Below are positions 26,807 to 35,683 of a stretch of 64,000 nt of DNA, piece after piece. Where the stretch lies: positions 6,117 to 70,116 of the forward strand of contig JANWLH010000066.1 of the NCBI GenBank assembly GCA_025450915.1, read 5' to 3'. Below the pieces are notes generated by a model. The model had not been told where the DNA came from. It saw only the letters and a program-made list of their open reading frames with translations, and did not search any database. Source of the stretch: Candidatus Limnocylindrales bacterium. Lineage in GTDB: Bacteria; Chloroflexota; Limnocylindria; Limnocylindrales; CSP1-4. The position numbers and the translations under genes were made by a program. The number at the start of each line of letters is the position of its first letter. Positions within the stretch are counted from its first letter, which is position 1.

Positions 26807-27457
26807 CTATCCCGCAGGGTCCGGCATGGTCGCGGGCACCCCAGCGATTGCCGTGAGCAGCTCAGTCAGGACGAATGAGTCCTTGGCGACGTAGGCCGGT
26901 CGCCGTCCCGCGGACGCCTCGCCCGCCTGCCACGCGGCGATCGCAGCCCCGCCCGCCTCCATCGCCTCCAGGCTCGACCAGAACGTCAGGGAGATGCGCT
27001 GCGCGCTGTCGGGCGCCCGGAGGAAGAAGACCTGGCACAGCCCGTGGGCGCCCTCGAGCATCTCGCTGAAGGACGTCACCCAGAGGTCGGCTGCCGCCTC
27101 GTTCTGATCGGGCGCGAGCGCCAGGTAGCCGAGCCGGCCGACGGCGGGGACCAGGTCGTGGACGACGGAGGACACGACGTCGAAGAAGGCGACGGCTTCG
27201 GGACTCGGCAGCATCTCGGGGACCTGGCCGGCGAGGAGCGGCTGGGCGTTCATCGCGACCCCGGCCGCGCCCGCCGCCTCCCGATCATCGAACAGGCTCA
27301 CCGAGAACGCCTCGAGCTCGGCGAAGCGACCGAAGTAGACCGCCCGGAACCCGGGCTGGCGGGCAAGCGACGGTGCCACGCGGTCGGACGCGTTGCGCTC
27401 CGCCTCCTCGCGATGCTCCAGGGTGGCCAACCTGAACCGAGCGACTCTCGCAATCAT
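26807..27457 (-). CDS. Tandem ABM/Dabb-fold (antibiotic biosynthesis monooxygenase-like) protein, hypothetical
   Basis: ORF trimmed to ATG 27457 (GGAGG SD 9 nt upstream). There are two ~100-aa halves. Each has the pattern hydrophobic start (IARVARFRL / QVFFLRAP) ... F.S.EA..A. Confidence 0.6.
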   Translation of the reverse strand: MIARVARFRLATLEHREEAERNASDRVAPSLARQPGFRAVYFGRFAELEAFSVSLFDDREAAGAAGVAMNAQPLLAGQVPEMLPSPEAVAFFDVVSSVVHDLVPAVGRLGYLALAPDQNEAAADLWVTSFSEMLEGAHGLCQVFFLRAPDSAQRISLTFWSSLEAMEAGGAAIAAWQAGEASAGRRPAYVAKDSFVLTELLTAIAGVPATMPDPAG

Positions 27458-27544
27458 CCGGGGACGCCTCCGCTCAACGATAGGAGGCGGATGGTAAAGG
27501 GCCTTGTCGATACTCGTCAAGCCCCTTGTCTATACTCTCGTGTC

Positions 27545-28048
27545 ATGACGACTGGAGACCGCCCTCGCCCCCAGGCCCTGATCGGGGCGCTCCTCGCGAT
27601 CCCGAGCCACGAGCTCCAGCGGCGGGTCCAGGCAGGGTTCGCCGAGGCCGGGCTGTCGGAGATCAGGCCCGCCCACATCGCGATCTTCCAGTTGCTCCCG
27701 GTCGAGGGCGCGCGCGTCACCGAGCTCGCACAGCAGATCGGGACGACCAAGCAGGCCGTCGGCTACCTCGTCGACCACCTGGCGGCCCACGGCTACCTCG
27801 AGCGGGTCCGCGATACGCGCGACGGACGCGCGCAGCTCGTGCGCCGGACCGAGAGAGGCTGGCTCGTCAACCAGACGGCGCGCCGGCTCGTCGAGGAGGT
27901 GCAGGCGGACTGGGCAACGCAGATCGGCCCCGAGAAGATGGCGCAGCTCCGCGACCTGCTCGGCGACCTCGTCAGCGCGCTCGGCGTCCGCTACTCGCCG
28001 CAGCTTGGTGGCATCCGTGAGGAGACGTTCCCAGCGACGGGGCGTTAG
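27545..28048 (+). CDS. MarR-family transcriptional regulator
   Basis: ATG 27545 within ORF 27044..28048. The winged HTH is ARVTELAQQIGTTKQAVGYLVDHLAAHGYLERVRDTRDGRAQLV. It is divergent from the ABM-like gene. Confidence 0.88.
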   Translation: MTTGDRPRPQALIGALLAIPSHELQRRVQAGFAEAGLSEIRPAHIAIFQLLPVEGARVTELAQQIGTTKQAVGYLVDHLAAHGYLERVRDTRDGRAQLVRRTERGWLVNQTARRLVEEVQADWATQIGPEKMAQLRDLLGDLVSALGVRYSPQLGGIREETFPATGR

Positions 28049-28162
28049 AAGCGAGAGTGCGCCCTCACGTCGCGCATGGCCGAGGCTACCCGGGCAGCCG
28101 CCGTTCGTCCGTTGGGCCATGCCCTCAGGCCCCGCCCGTCGCAGGGCGAGGATCCACACGAG

Positions 28163-28321
28163 CTACGCCGTTTCGGCGCCCACCTTGGAGCGCTCGTTCG
28201 CCAGGTGGTGCTTGACGGTCGAGTGCGACGGGCCGAGCCGGTGGGCGGCCGCCTCCTCCGATCCGGCGACCACGTAGACTCGGCGGCATGCCGAACGCCA
28301 CTGCCTCGGACAACCGCGCAT
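28163..28321 (-). pseudogene. 53-codon ORF carrying a LuxR/GerE-type HTH fragment (likely remnant)
   Basis: Own translation: MRGCPRQWRSACRRVYVVAGSEEAAAHRLGPSHSTVKHHLANERSKVGAETA. The C-terminal 35 aa resemble the GerE HTH (..eiA..L..S..TVK.H..n...Kl). It is below the ORF-track length cutoff and overlaps the methyltransferase start. Confidence 0.25.
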
Positions 28322-29034
28322 CGAAGCGCGGCCGCGGGCGCCTGGCCATCCTGCCCCGGCTCGGCCTCGTGCCCTCGACGTCCGAGGTCGTCAACGGGTT
28401 CCTGGATGGTGCCCTGCCGGCCGGCCAGGCAGCCGTGCTCGATGCCGGCTGCGGTCGGCTGAGCGCGCTCGTCTCCTTCCGTTCGCGAATCGGCCGGCTC
28501 GTCGGCGTCGATATCCATGCCCCGGATCCACCGCTGGCCTGGCTCGACAGCTTCCAGGTGGCCGACCTGTGTGCCGATGCCGACGCCTTTCCGCCGGCCA
28601 GCTTCGATCTCGTCCTCTCGTCGTTCACCGTCGAGCATCTCGCCGACACCTGGACCGCCTTCGAGAATGTCGGGCGCTGGCTGCGACCGGGCGGGTCGCT
28701 CGTGATCAGCACGGTCAACCGGCGCCACCCGTTCGTGAACGCCTACCTGTCGCTGCCGACGGCGCTCCGGCGGCCGCTCCAGCGGGCGATCAAGGCCAGC
28801 GCCGCCGACGCCCATCCCCTCGTCGGGAGCTGCAATACGCCCGAGCTGCTGCGCCAGGCGCTCGCCGACGCGGGCTTCGAGAAGATCGAGGTGCGCACGA
28901 CGGGCAACCTCGCCCATGCCTGGCGGCGGCGGCTGCCGAGCTTCGTCCTCGGGCTCATCGGTGACCTCGCCGCCCAGCCGTTTGCGTCGCGCCGCTCGAC
29001 AATCGTGGCGATCGGTACCGTGGCGGGCGGGTGA
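28288..29034 (+). CDS. Class I SAM-dependent methyltransferase
   Basis: Motif I is VLDAGCGRL, with post-I VGVDI, and FDLVLSSFTVEHL plus LRPGGSLVI (Methyltransf_11-like). Confidence 0.85.
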   Translation: MPNATASDNRASKRGRGRLAILPRLGLVPSTSEVVNGFLDGALPAGQAAVLDAGCGRLSALVSFRSRIGRLVGVDIHAPDPPLAWLDSFQVADLCADADAFPPASFDLVLSSFTVEHLADTWTAFENVGRWLRPGGSLVISTVNRRHPFVNAYLSLPTALRRPLQRAIKASAADAHPLVGSCNTPELLRQALADAGFEKIEVRTTGNLAHAWRRRLPSFVLGLIGDLAAQPFASRRSTIVAIGTVAGG

Positions 29035-29699
29035 CCGCCACCGACGACCTCTTTGCCGCGATCCGGGCGGGAGACCTGGCCGGCGTCGACCGGCTCCTGA
29101 CCGAGCGGCCCTACCTGGCCGGGTCGAGCGACGCGGGCGGCCTGTCGGCCGTGACCGTCGCCGCATATCACCATCGCCAGCCGATCCTCGATCGCATCCT
29201 CGCGGCCAATCCCGAGCTCGATCGTTTCGAGGCCGCGATCGTCGGCGACCTGCCGCGGCTGGCCGAGCTGTTGGGCGAGGCGGACGCCGAGCCGATCGAT
29301 CAACGCTCCGCCGACGGCTTCACGGCCCTGCACCTGGCCGCCTACTTCGGCCGCCTCCGACTCGTCCAGGAACTCCTCGACCGGGGCGCCGATCCGAGTG
29401 CCTGGGCGACCGGCTCGCTCCGCGTCCAGCCGCTTCACAGCGCCGTCTCGGCCGGCCACGAAGCCGTGGCCCGGCTGCTGGTCGAGCACGGCGCCGACCC
29501 CGACCAGGCCCAGGATGGTGGCTACACGCCGCTCCACGCGGCCGCCCAGAACGGGCTCAGCGAACTGTGCGACTTCCTGGTCGCCAACGGGGCCAATCCA
29601 GGGGCGCTCACCGAAGACGTCCTGACCCCGGCCGACCTCGCCGCACGAGCCGGCCATCTGGACCTGGCCGCGCACCTCAGGGCGATCACGGCCGCCTGA
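29031..29699 (+). CDS. Ankyrin-repeat protein
   Basis: GTGA overlap with the methyltransferase stop. Repeats: GFTALHLAAYFGRLRLVQELLDRGADP, QPLHSAVSAGHEAVARLLVEHGADP, YTPLHAAAQNGLSELCDFLVANGANP. Confidence 0.88.
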   Translation: MTATDDLFAAIRAGDLAGVDRLLTERPYLAGSSDAGGLSAVTVAAYHHRQPILDRILAANPELDRFEAAIVGDLPRLAELLGEADAEPIDQRSADGFTALHLAAYFGRLRLVQELLDRGADPSAWATGSLRVQPLHSAVSAGHEAVARLLVEHGADPDQAQDGGYTPLHAAAQNGLSELCDFLVANGANPGALTEDVLTPADLAARAGHLDLAAHLRAITAA

Positions 29700-29723
29700 C
29701 CGTCAGCCATCGCTGAACGGCGT

Positions 29724-29935
29724 CCCGTTCCGTGCCGACCGACCAGAGTTGGGACGAATGTCGGCCCCAGGCGCATTACGTCCGGATTCGGCTCGACGTG
29801 AGACCTCGAGGGCGCCTGCGGTGGCCGAATCGTGCACGAATCCTCGGGAATGGCGGGTCAACGCCCGACCAGGAGCCCTCGGCCAGGAGATTGCGCGTCT
29901 CGTGGCGACATTCGTCCGACCGGGGACCGCAACCG
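29724..29935. repeat. Long imperfect hairpin element with CGTGCACGAATC core, between convergent genes
   Basis: The outer 7-bp pair is CGTTCCG (29726-29732) / CGGAACG (29926-29932). The inner perfect 12-bp pair is GGACGAATGTCG (29752-29763) / CGACATTCGTCC (29896-29907). The central CGTGCACGAATC is at 29831-29842. It shares CCCGTTCCGTGC and CCGCGGAAC blocks with the other intergenic elements. Confidence 0.55.
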
Positions 29936-29978
29936 CGGAACGCGAACCGCGGATCGGCCGCCCCGTCCCGGCTGAGCG

Positions 29979-31661
29979 TCAGGCGGGCGTCGCCACCCAG
30001 GTCGGCAGCTCGCGCGAGAGCGTGGCCAGGGGCAGCGTGCCGTGTCCGAGGACGGCGTCGTGGAACGCGCGCAGGTCGAAACCCGAGCCGTCCCGCTTCT
30101 CGATCTCCGCCCGCAGCCGCTCGATCTCGCGCTGGCCGATCTTGTAGGTCAGAGCCTGGCCCGGCCAGCAGATGTAGCGGTCCGTCTCGATGACCGCGTC
30201 GGTCTCGCTGAGGCCGGCGCCGCGCAGGAACTCGATCGACCGCTGGCGCGGCCAGCGCAGCGCGTGGAGGCCCGTGTCGACGACCAGCCGGGCCGCCCGC
30301 CAGGCCATCGCGTCCAGCATCCCGAAGCGTTCGGCCTCGTTGCGGAAGAGGCCCATCTCGTCGGCAAGGCGCTCCGCGTAGAGTCCCCAGCCCTCGACGT
30401 AGGCCCCGCCGACCATCCGCGAGCCGAGCCGGCGGAACGTGCTCAGGCGCTCGTTCTCCATCTCCATCGCGATCTGGAAATGGTGGCCGGGGACTGCCTC
30501 GTGGTAGGTCGTGCTGGCGAGCTTTGAATAGGCCCGCGACCGGAGGTCGTAGGTGTTCGCGTAATAGACGCCCCGGCGCGATCCATCGGTGGTCGGCGGG
30601 TAGTAATAGGCGAACGGACTGTCCTTCTCCTTGTACTCCTCGACGGCCCGGACCTCGCAGCCGGCCCGCGGCAGCGTTCCGAAGTAGCGCGGAGCGAGGG
30701 CCATCGCCCGGTCGATATCCTCGCGGGCCCGGCCCAGGAGCTCGGCCGCCGTGTTGGGAATGTTGGCGGGATCGGCCGCCAGGTGGGCCCGGTAGGCGGC
30801 GGTGTCATCGCCGAAGCCCTGGGCTCGGGAGATCACCCGACGCTCGGCTTCGATCTGCTCGAGCTCGTCGAGGCCGATCTGGTGGACATCCGCGGGCTCG
30901 AGGGCCAGGGTCGTCCAGGCCAGGACCTGGGTCCGGTAGAGCGCGTCGCCGTTGGGCGCCGACCACAGGCCTGGGTCCTCGCGGCTCGCCGCGAGATAGG
31001 CGCCGCGCAGGGCATCGAGGAAGGCCTGGTCCGCGGGGATGACCTCATCGCGGACGACAGCCAGGACCCGATCGCGATCCGCGTCGGATGCGACCTGGGC
31101 CATCTGCACGATCACCGACTCCGCGGCCGGCGTCTCGAGCAGCCGCTCGAGCTGGGCGATCGTCCGCTCAGTGACGATGCGCGGCGCCGTCAGGCCGCTG
31201 GCAATGCCCTCCCTGAGGAGCCCGGTGTTGGCGGCCATGTACGCGGGATATGCGTGGAGGCGGGCCAGGAAGCGCTCCAGGCGTTCCGGGGTGTCGGCGT
31301 GCTGGAAGGTGGCGACGGTCGGCAGGAGGGTCTGCGGGCCGCCCATCTGGTCGACCGGCTTGAGGAGATCGACGCGCTGGTCGTCCTGCTCGACCTGGAG
31401 CTCGCAGACCACCCGGACCATGTCGAGGGTGATCCGATCCTCGAGGGGCTGGTCGGAGGCCTCGATCTCGCGGGCTGCGGCCAGGGTCGATTCAGCGAGG
31501 GCCCGGGCGCGCAACCGGCCGGCGGTGCTGGGATCCTCGAGCCGATCGTCGTAGCGCTCATCGCCGTACATCGTGGCGGTGGTTGGATTCTCTTCGAGGA
31601 TCGCCTCCCAGAACCGGTCGGCGAGCACGTTGACGGGGCTTGCGGGGTCGAACTGGGTCAC
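29979..31661 (-). CDS. DUF885-family protein (metallopeptidase-like HExxxGHH motif)
   Basis: 560 aa. It has TTYHEAVPGHHFQ, EGWGLYAERL and a WPGQALTYKIG-type C-terminus, characteristic of DUF885. Confidence 0.85.
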   Translation of the reverse strand: MTQFDPASPVNVLADRFWEAILEENPTTATMYGDERYDDRLEDPSTAGRLRARALAESTLAAAREIEASDQPLEDRITLDMVRVVCELQVEQDDQRVDLLKPVDQMGGPQTLLPTVATFQHADTPERLERFLARLHAYPAYMAANTGLLREGIASGLTAPRIVTERTIAQLERLLETPAAESVIVQMAQVASDADRDRVLAVVRDEVIPADQAFLDALRGAYLAASREDPGLWSAPNGDALYRTQVLAWTTLALEPADVHQIGLDELEQIEAERRVISRAQGFGDDTAAYRAHLAADPANIPNTAAELLGRAREDIDRAMALAPRYFGTLPRAGCEVRAVEEYKEKDSPFAYYYPPTTDGSRRGVYYANTYDLRSRAYSKLASTTYHEAVPGHHFQIAMEMENERLSTFRRLGSRMVGGAYVEGWGLYAERLADEMGLFRNEAERFGMLDAMAWRAARLVVDTGLHALRWPRQRSIEFLRGAGLSETDAVIETDRYICWPGQALTYKIGQREIERLRAEIEKRDGSGFDLRAFHDAVLGHGTLPLATLSRELPTWVATPA

Positions 31662-31775
31662 GCGGACCTCCCTGGCGCAAGGGCTCGACGGGGCGTCCGG
31701 GACGGCCGAACGCGAATGGCCGTCAGCGTACCCGATTCGCCCGGCCTGCCAACCCGGGCATCCACGCGATCCCGG

Positions 31776-34616
31776 TCAGCCGCCGAAGAGCGTCGTCTGC
31801 TCGCTCGGCTGGCGCTCGATCTGGGGGTCGAGGCCGAGGTACGGCTCGAGGTCGGCGAGCAGCGGCTGTTCGCGCTCGGCAAAGGCTCGGAGGTGATTGG
31901 CCTTGAGGATGTGCCAGTTGCCCGACTCGAGCGCCGAGCGCAGGAGCGGCGAGCGCTCGAGCTTGTAGCGGATCAGCTCGGTCCGCTCCGGGGCGACGAC
32001 GAGGAACCGGACAAGGTCGGGATCGGGCGGGATCTGGCCGCCCCGGCGCAGGAGCGGCTCGCCGAGCATCGCGGTCCACTCGACCTCGAAGGTCATCGTC
32101 AGCCGGGCCCGGAAATGCCAGGTCACGTCGACCTGGTCGATTGCCTCGCTCCGAGCCTTGCCCACATGGGGCGGTCCCGACCGGAACTCCGAGTCGTCGA
32201 GCCACGCGCCGAGATTGCGCCGGCCGAGCCGGTGGACCTGCTCGCGGCTCGAGATCCAGACCCGCAGCCCGAGCCGATGGCCGAGATTGGCCAGGAGGGC
32301 GATCAGCTCGCTGTGCTCCTGCGAGCGGCGCAGGAGGTCGTCGGAGGTCAACAGGTGTTCCGGGGTGCTGGCGAGGCTCCGGTAGCTTTCGAGGCAGGCC
32401 CCGACGAGCGCCTCGTCGGGCAGGTCGTGACCGGTGAACAGGCCCGCGACCCGTTCGTTGAAGGCGCTCTCCGAGAGGCGGCCGGCGGTCGAAAGCAGGC
32501 TGAAGACCGACCATTCCACCCGATCGGCGAGGGGCAACGCCGCTCCGGCGACATCGTCGCGGTCGACCAGCCACCAGCGTCCGGGCTCGATCTCCCGCAG
32601 GCGGCGGTGATCTGGCCTGGCCAGCTCCGTCCGAACCAGCCCGAGCAGGCGTTCGACGCGATCGGCGGCGACGGCCACCTCGGGCGCCCGGACCGACTCC
32701 CGGCCGATCGACGCCGGAACGCCGCGGAGCGAGCCCGGGGCGCTGCGCAACGATGGCTTCAGGTCGGGCTCCTGGCCTGCCCCGGGCGCCGGCCGATCAG
32801 GCGGCCCAGCTGGCCGGTCCACGCCGCGCTCGAGGAGTCGCCGGAGTCGCTCGTCGGTGAGACCGCCGCCGTCGCCGTCGAGATCGTCCGGGCCACCTTC
32901 GACCTCGGGGGCCACGAGCCGGCGCAGGTGCCCGGCGCGATCCAGGCCGACGAGGATCTCGCCCAGGAGCCGTTCCGTGCGGGCCGGCTCGCCACGTGCC
33001 TGGAGGATCGCAACGGCCGTCTCGGTGACCGTCCGGGCGACGTCCGCCTCCGAGAAGCGCCCCCGATCGAAGCGCTCGGGCGGGGCAAAGAGGCCCCGGC
33101 CGGGGACCATGTCGGGATCGCCCGGGCCGCCGGGCACGGCCGGCAGGGTGACGTTCGCGCGGGTCCGTGGTCCGACCGGAATCGCCGCCCCCGGTGGCAC
33201 GAACTCGACGATCCCGCCGGTCTCCTCGCCCGGCTCCGCCAGTCGCGCAGCGACGAGGCGGTAGCCAGCGCCGACGCCGCCGAGGACCGCGGCAAGGAGG
33301 CCCTCCGGACCGCCCGGCTCGAGGATCAGGACCGCCCGTGCGTCGCGGGCGAGGATCGGTGCCGCCGCCTCGTAGGCCCGCCGGATCTGGGCCGATTGCC
33401 AGCCCCACGGGACCCGAGCGGTCGTGCTGAGGAGCGCTTCGATCGGCACGAGCGAAGCGGCTTCGCGACCGAGGACCCAGGCCGTGCCGACGTACGCAAA
33501 GGACAAACGCTCCTGGTTCGGGCGAAGCGGAGGCTGTCCGAGGACGAGCCGGACACGTGGCCGGTCGACGGCGCGCCCGAGCGCCTCGGCCTCGGCGGCC
33601 AGAGCGCGAAATGTCGACGGGGTGCCGAGCCGCAGGACGACGTTGCCGGTCCCCTCCGCGAGTGCCTGGAAGTCCTCGCCGAAGCGCGCCTGCATCGGCC
33701 CCGTCGGGGCGCCCTCGAGGCGCTGCACGAAGCCACGCACAAGCCGGTAGGCATCCTCGAAGGCCAGCCAGGGGTTCCGTTCGCGCCACTGGCCACTTGG
33801 CGGCAGCTTGACCCGGCCGTGGCTGATCCGGAGCGTCGCGATCCGGCCGGGATAACCGTTGAGCCGGGAGGCGGGCACGATCGCGTGCAGGAGGGCCAGG
33901 CGCATCGCCGCCTCCACCGCGGGTGCCCGCAGGTCCGTCTCGATCCGCTCGAGGATCGCCTGGAGGCCGAGCAGCTGGCGGGGCGTGTGCAGATCGAGGA
34001 CCGAGTCGACGATCCCAGACTCGCCCTCCGGATACGGAAATCGCTCGCGGAGCAGCCGCCGGGCCGGCAGGTCCGACGGGATCTCGGCCGTCCGGGCAAT
34101 GTCGGCCTCGTCGACCGGCCCGTTGCGCTGTTCACCGCCACCGAGCTGATCGCGGCAGACGATGCACCGGTACTGCTTCGTGATGGGCCGGGCGGGCTCG
34201 TCGCCGGACTGCTCCCAGACGACCTCCTCGAGGGTCACCGCGCGACCGCAGGTGAGGCAGTGGCTCGCGTAGCGCTCGCCGAGCCAGACCTTCAGGGCGG
34301 ACTGCTCGCGCGGCGCGGCGGCGATCGCCTGGAAGGCGGCGTCGAGGTGGCGCACATCCGGCGGCCGCAGGACGACTTCGGCCAGGAGCCGGGTCAGGGG
34401 GCTGGTTTCGAGGCTCGCAGCGCGTCGCTGGCGATCCACGGCGGTCCGGGCGATCCAGCCGCCACGGCCGTGGAGGTCGACGACGACATCGCCCGGCCGG
34501 CTGTTCGCCTCGATCCGGGCGGCGACCAGCTCCGGCGGCAGCGGCGGGGCGAGCCGGCTGAAGGCGGGCAGCGACCAGCCCGGGTCGGAACGCAGGAAGG
34601 GGTCTCGGGCGGCCAT
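31776..34616 (-). CDS. Large (946 aa) methyltransferase-like protein with CxxC...CxxC zinc ribbon and C-terminal PD-(D/E)xK-like domain; catalytic motif apparently degenerate
   Basis: ORF 31776..34682 trimmed to ATG 34616. aa 43-54 is GDVVVDLHGRGGW, motif-I-like but not FxGxG. Cysteines C120/C123/C151/C154 form a zinc-ribbon pattern. LHTPRQLLGLQAILERI is present. aa 361-376 QPPLRPNQERLSFAYV sits where DPPY..LSDFFYV lies in Zn-ribbon DNA methylases. The C-terminus has IDQVDVTW...TFEVEWT...RFLVVAP. Confidence 0.8.
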   Translation of the reverse strand: MAARDPFLRSDPGWSLPAFSRLAPPLPPELVAARIEANSRPGDVVVDLHGRGGWIARTAVDRQRRAASLETSPLTRLLAEVVLRPPDVRHLDAAFQAIAAAPREQSALKVWLGERYASHCLTCGRAVTLEEVVWEQSGDEPARPITKQYRCIVCRDQLGGGEQRNGPVDEADIARTAEIPSDLPARRLLRERFPYPEGESGIVDSVLDLHTPRQLLGLQAILERIETDLRAPAVEAAMRLALLHAIVPASRLNGYPGRIATLRISHGRVKLPPSGQWRERNPWLAFEDAYRLVRGFVQRLEGAPTGPMQARFGEDFQALAEGTGNVVLRLGTPSTFRALAAEAEALGRAVDRPRVRLVLGQPPLRPNQERLSFAYVGTAWVLGREAASLVPIEALLSTTARVPWGWQSAQIRRAYEAAAPILARDARAVLILEPGGPEGLLAAVLGGVGAGYRLVAARLAEPGEETGGIVEFVPPGAAIPVGPRTRANVTLPAVPGGPGDPDMVPGRGLFAPPERFDRGRFSEADVARTVTETAVAILQARGEPARTERLLGEILVGLDRAGHLRRLVAPEVEGGPDDLDGDGGGLTDERLRRLLERGVDRPAGPPDRPAPGAGQEPDLKPSLRSAPGSLRGVPASIGRESVRAPEVAVAADRVERLLGLVRTELARPDHRRLREIEPGRWWLVDRDDVAGAALPLADRVEWSVFSLLSTAGRLSESAFNERVAGLFTGHDLPDEALVGACLESYRSLASTPEHLLTSDDLLRRSQEHSELIALLANLGHRLGLRVWISSREQVHRLGRRNLGAWLDDSEFRSGPPHVGKARSEAIDQVDVTWHFRARLTMTFEVEWTAMLGEPLLRRGGQIPPDPDLVRFLVVAPERTELIRYKLERSPLLRSALESGNWHILKANHLRAFAEREQPLLADLEPYLGLDPQIERQPSEQTTLFGG

Positions 34617-34654
34617 CGGCGCAATTGTGCCACCCCGCGACGTACGATCCGCAG

Positions 34655-35683
34655 ATGACCGTCGAATCAAATTCCACGCCAAAGGTCACGGTCGCCGATG
34701 GAGCGCGCGCCTTCCGCAGCCTCCAGGCCGCCGTCGCCGAGGCAGTCGTGGGTGGCGACGAAGCCCTGCGCCTGCTGGCGATCGCCCTCCTCGCCGAGGG
34801 CCACGCGCTCATCGAGGACGTGCCCGGGGTGGGCAAGACGCTCCTGGCGAGGGCCTTTGCGCGGGCGCTGGACCTCCAGTTCGGGCGGGTCCAGGGCACC
34901 CCTGACCTCCTGCCCTCGGACGTCACCGGGACGAGCATCCTCGCCCCTGCGACGAACCTCACCGACGGCGGCCTGACCCTCAAGTTCGTGGCCGGACCGG
35001 TCTTCACGAACGTCCTCCTGGTCGACGAGATCAACCGGGCGACACCGCGCACCCAGTCAGCGCTCCTCGAGGCGATGCAGGAGCGGCAGGTCTCGATCGA
35101 GGGCGAGACCCGGCCGCTGCCCGATCCGTTCATCGTCCTGGCGACGCAGAACCCGATCGAGTACGAGGGCACGTTCAGCCTGCCCGAAGCCCAGCTCGAC
35201 CGGTTCCTGGTCAGGATCCGGATCGGCTATCCGACGCGCGCGGCCGAGGGGCAGATCGCGAGCCGCTATCTCACCGAACACGATCCGCTCGACCTCGTCC
35301 GGCCGGTCCTCGACCGGCCGGCGCTGCTCGCCCTGCGCGACGCCGCCCGCCAGGTCTACGTGAGCCCCGAGCTCACCGATCATGTCGTGGCGATCGTGGC
35401 GGCCACCCGGGAGCGACCGGACATCGAGCTCGGGGCCAGCCCGCGCGCCAGCGTCGCCCTGTTCCGAGCCGCCCAGGCACGAGCCCTGCTCGACGGCCGC
35501 GACTTCGTCCTGCCCGACGACATCCGCTCGATCGCTCCTGCCGTCCTCGTCCATCGCCTGCGGCTGAGCGTGGACTCGGCGCTCCACGGCTTGTCGATGG
35601 ACGGCGCCTTCGCCGAGACGCTGGCGGGGATCCCGGTCCCGGTCGGGCCGCCCGGCCGGCCAATCGAGACCGCCTCGGCGTGA
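34655..35683 (+). CDS. moxR: MoxR-family AAA+ ATPase
   Basis: Walker A is EDVPGVGKT and Walker B is LLVDEINR, followed by LLEAMQERQV, ATQNPIEYEGTFSLPEAQLDRF and a GASPRA lid. Start taken at ATG 34655 (MTVESN). Confidence 0.92.
   Translation: MTVESNSTPKVTVADGARAFRSLQAAVAEAVVGGDEALRLLAIALLAEGHALIEDVPGVGKTLLARAFARALDLQFGRVQGTPDLLPSDVTGTSILAPATNLTDGGLTLKFVAGPVFTNVLLVDEINRATPRTQSALLEAMQERQVSIEGETRPLPDPFIVLATQNPIEYEGTFSLPEAQLDRFLVRIRIGYPTRAAEGQIASRYLTEHDPLDLVRPVLDRPALLALRDAARQVYVSPELTDHVVAIVAATRERPDIELGASPRASVALFRAAQARALLDGRDFVLPDDIRSIAPAVLVHRLRLSVDSALHGLSMDGAFAETLAGIPVPVGPPGRPIETASA

Noticed and set aside
30783-34658. Very long ORFs such as 30783..34658(+) 1291 aa, 3622..5598(-), 10890..13253(-), 21111..23258(+), 43889..46261(+), 51785..53854(-) and 24567..26627(+).
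   Set aside because: They are Arg/Pro/Gly/Asp-rich with no recognisable motifs. Each lies exactly antisense or out of frame to a gene with clear family signatures. These are typical shadow ORFs of high-GC DNA.
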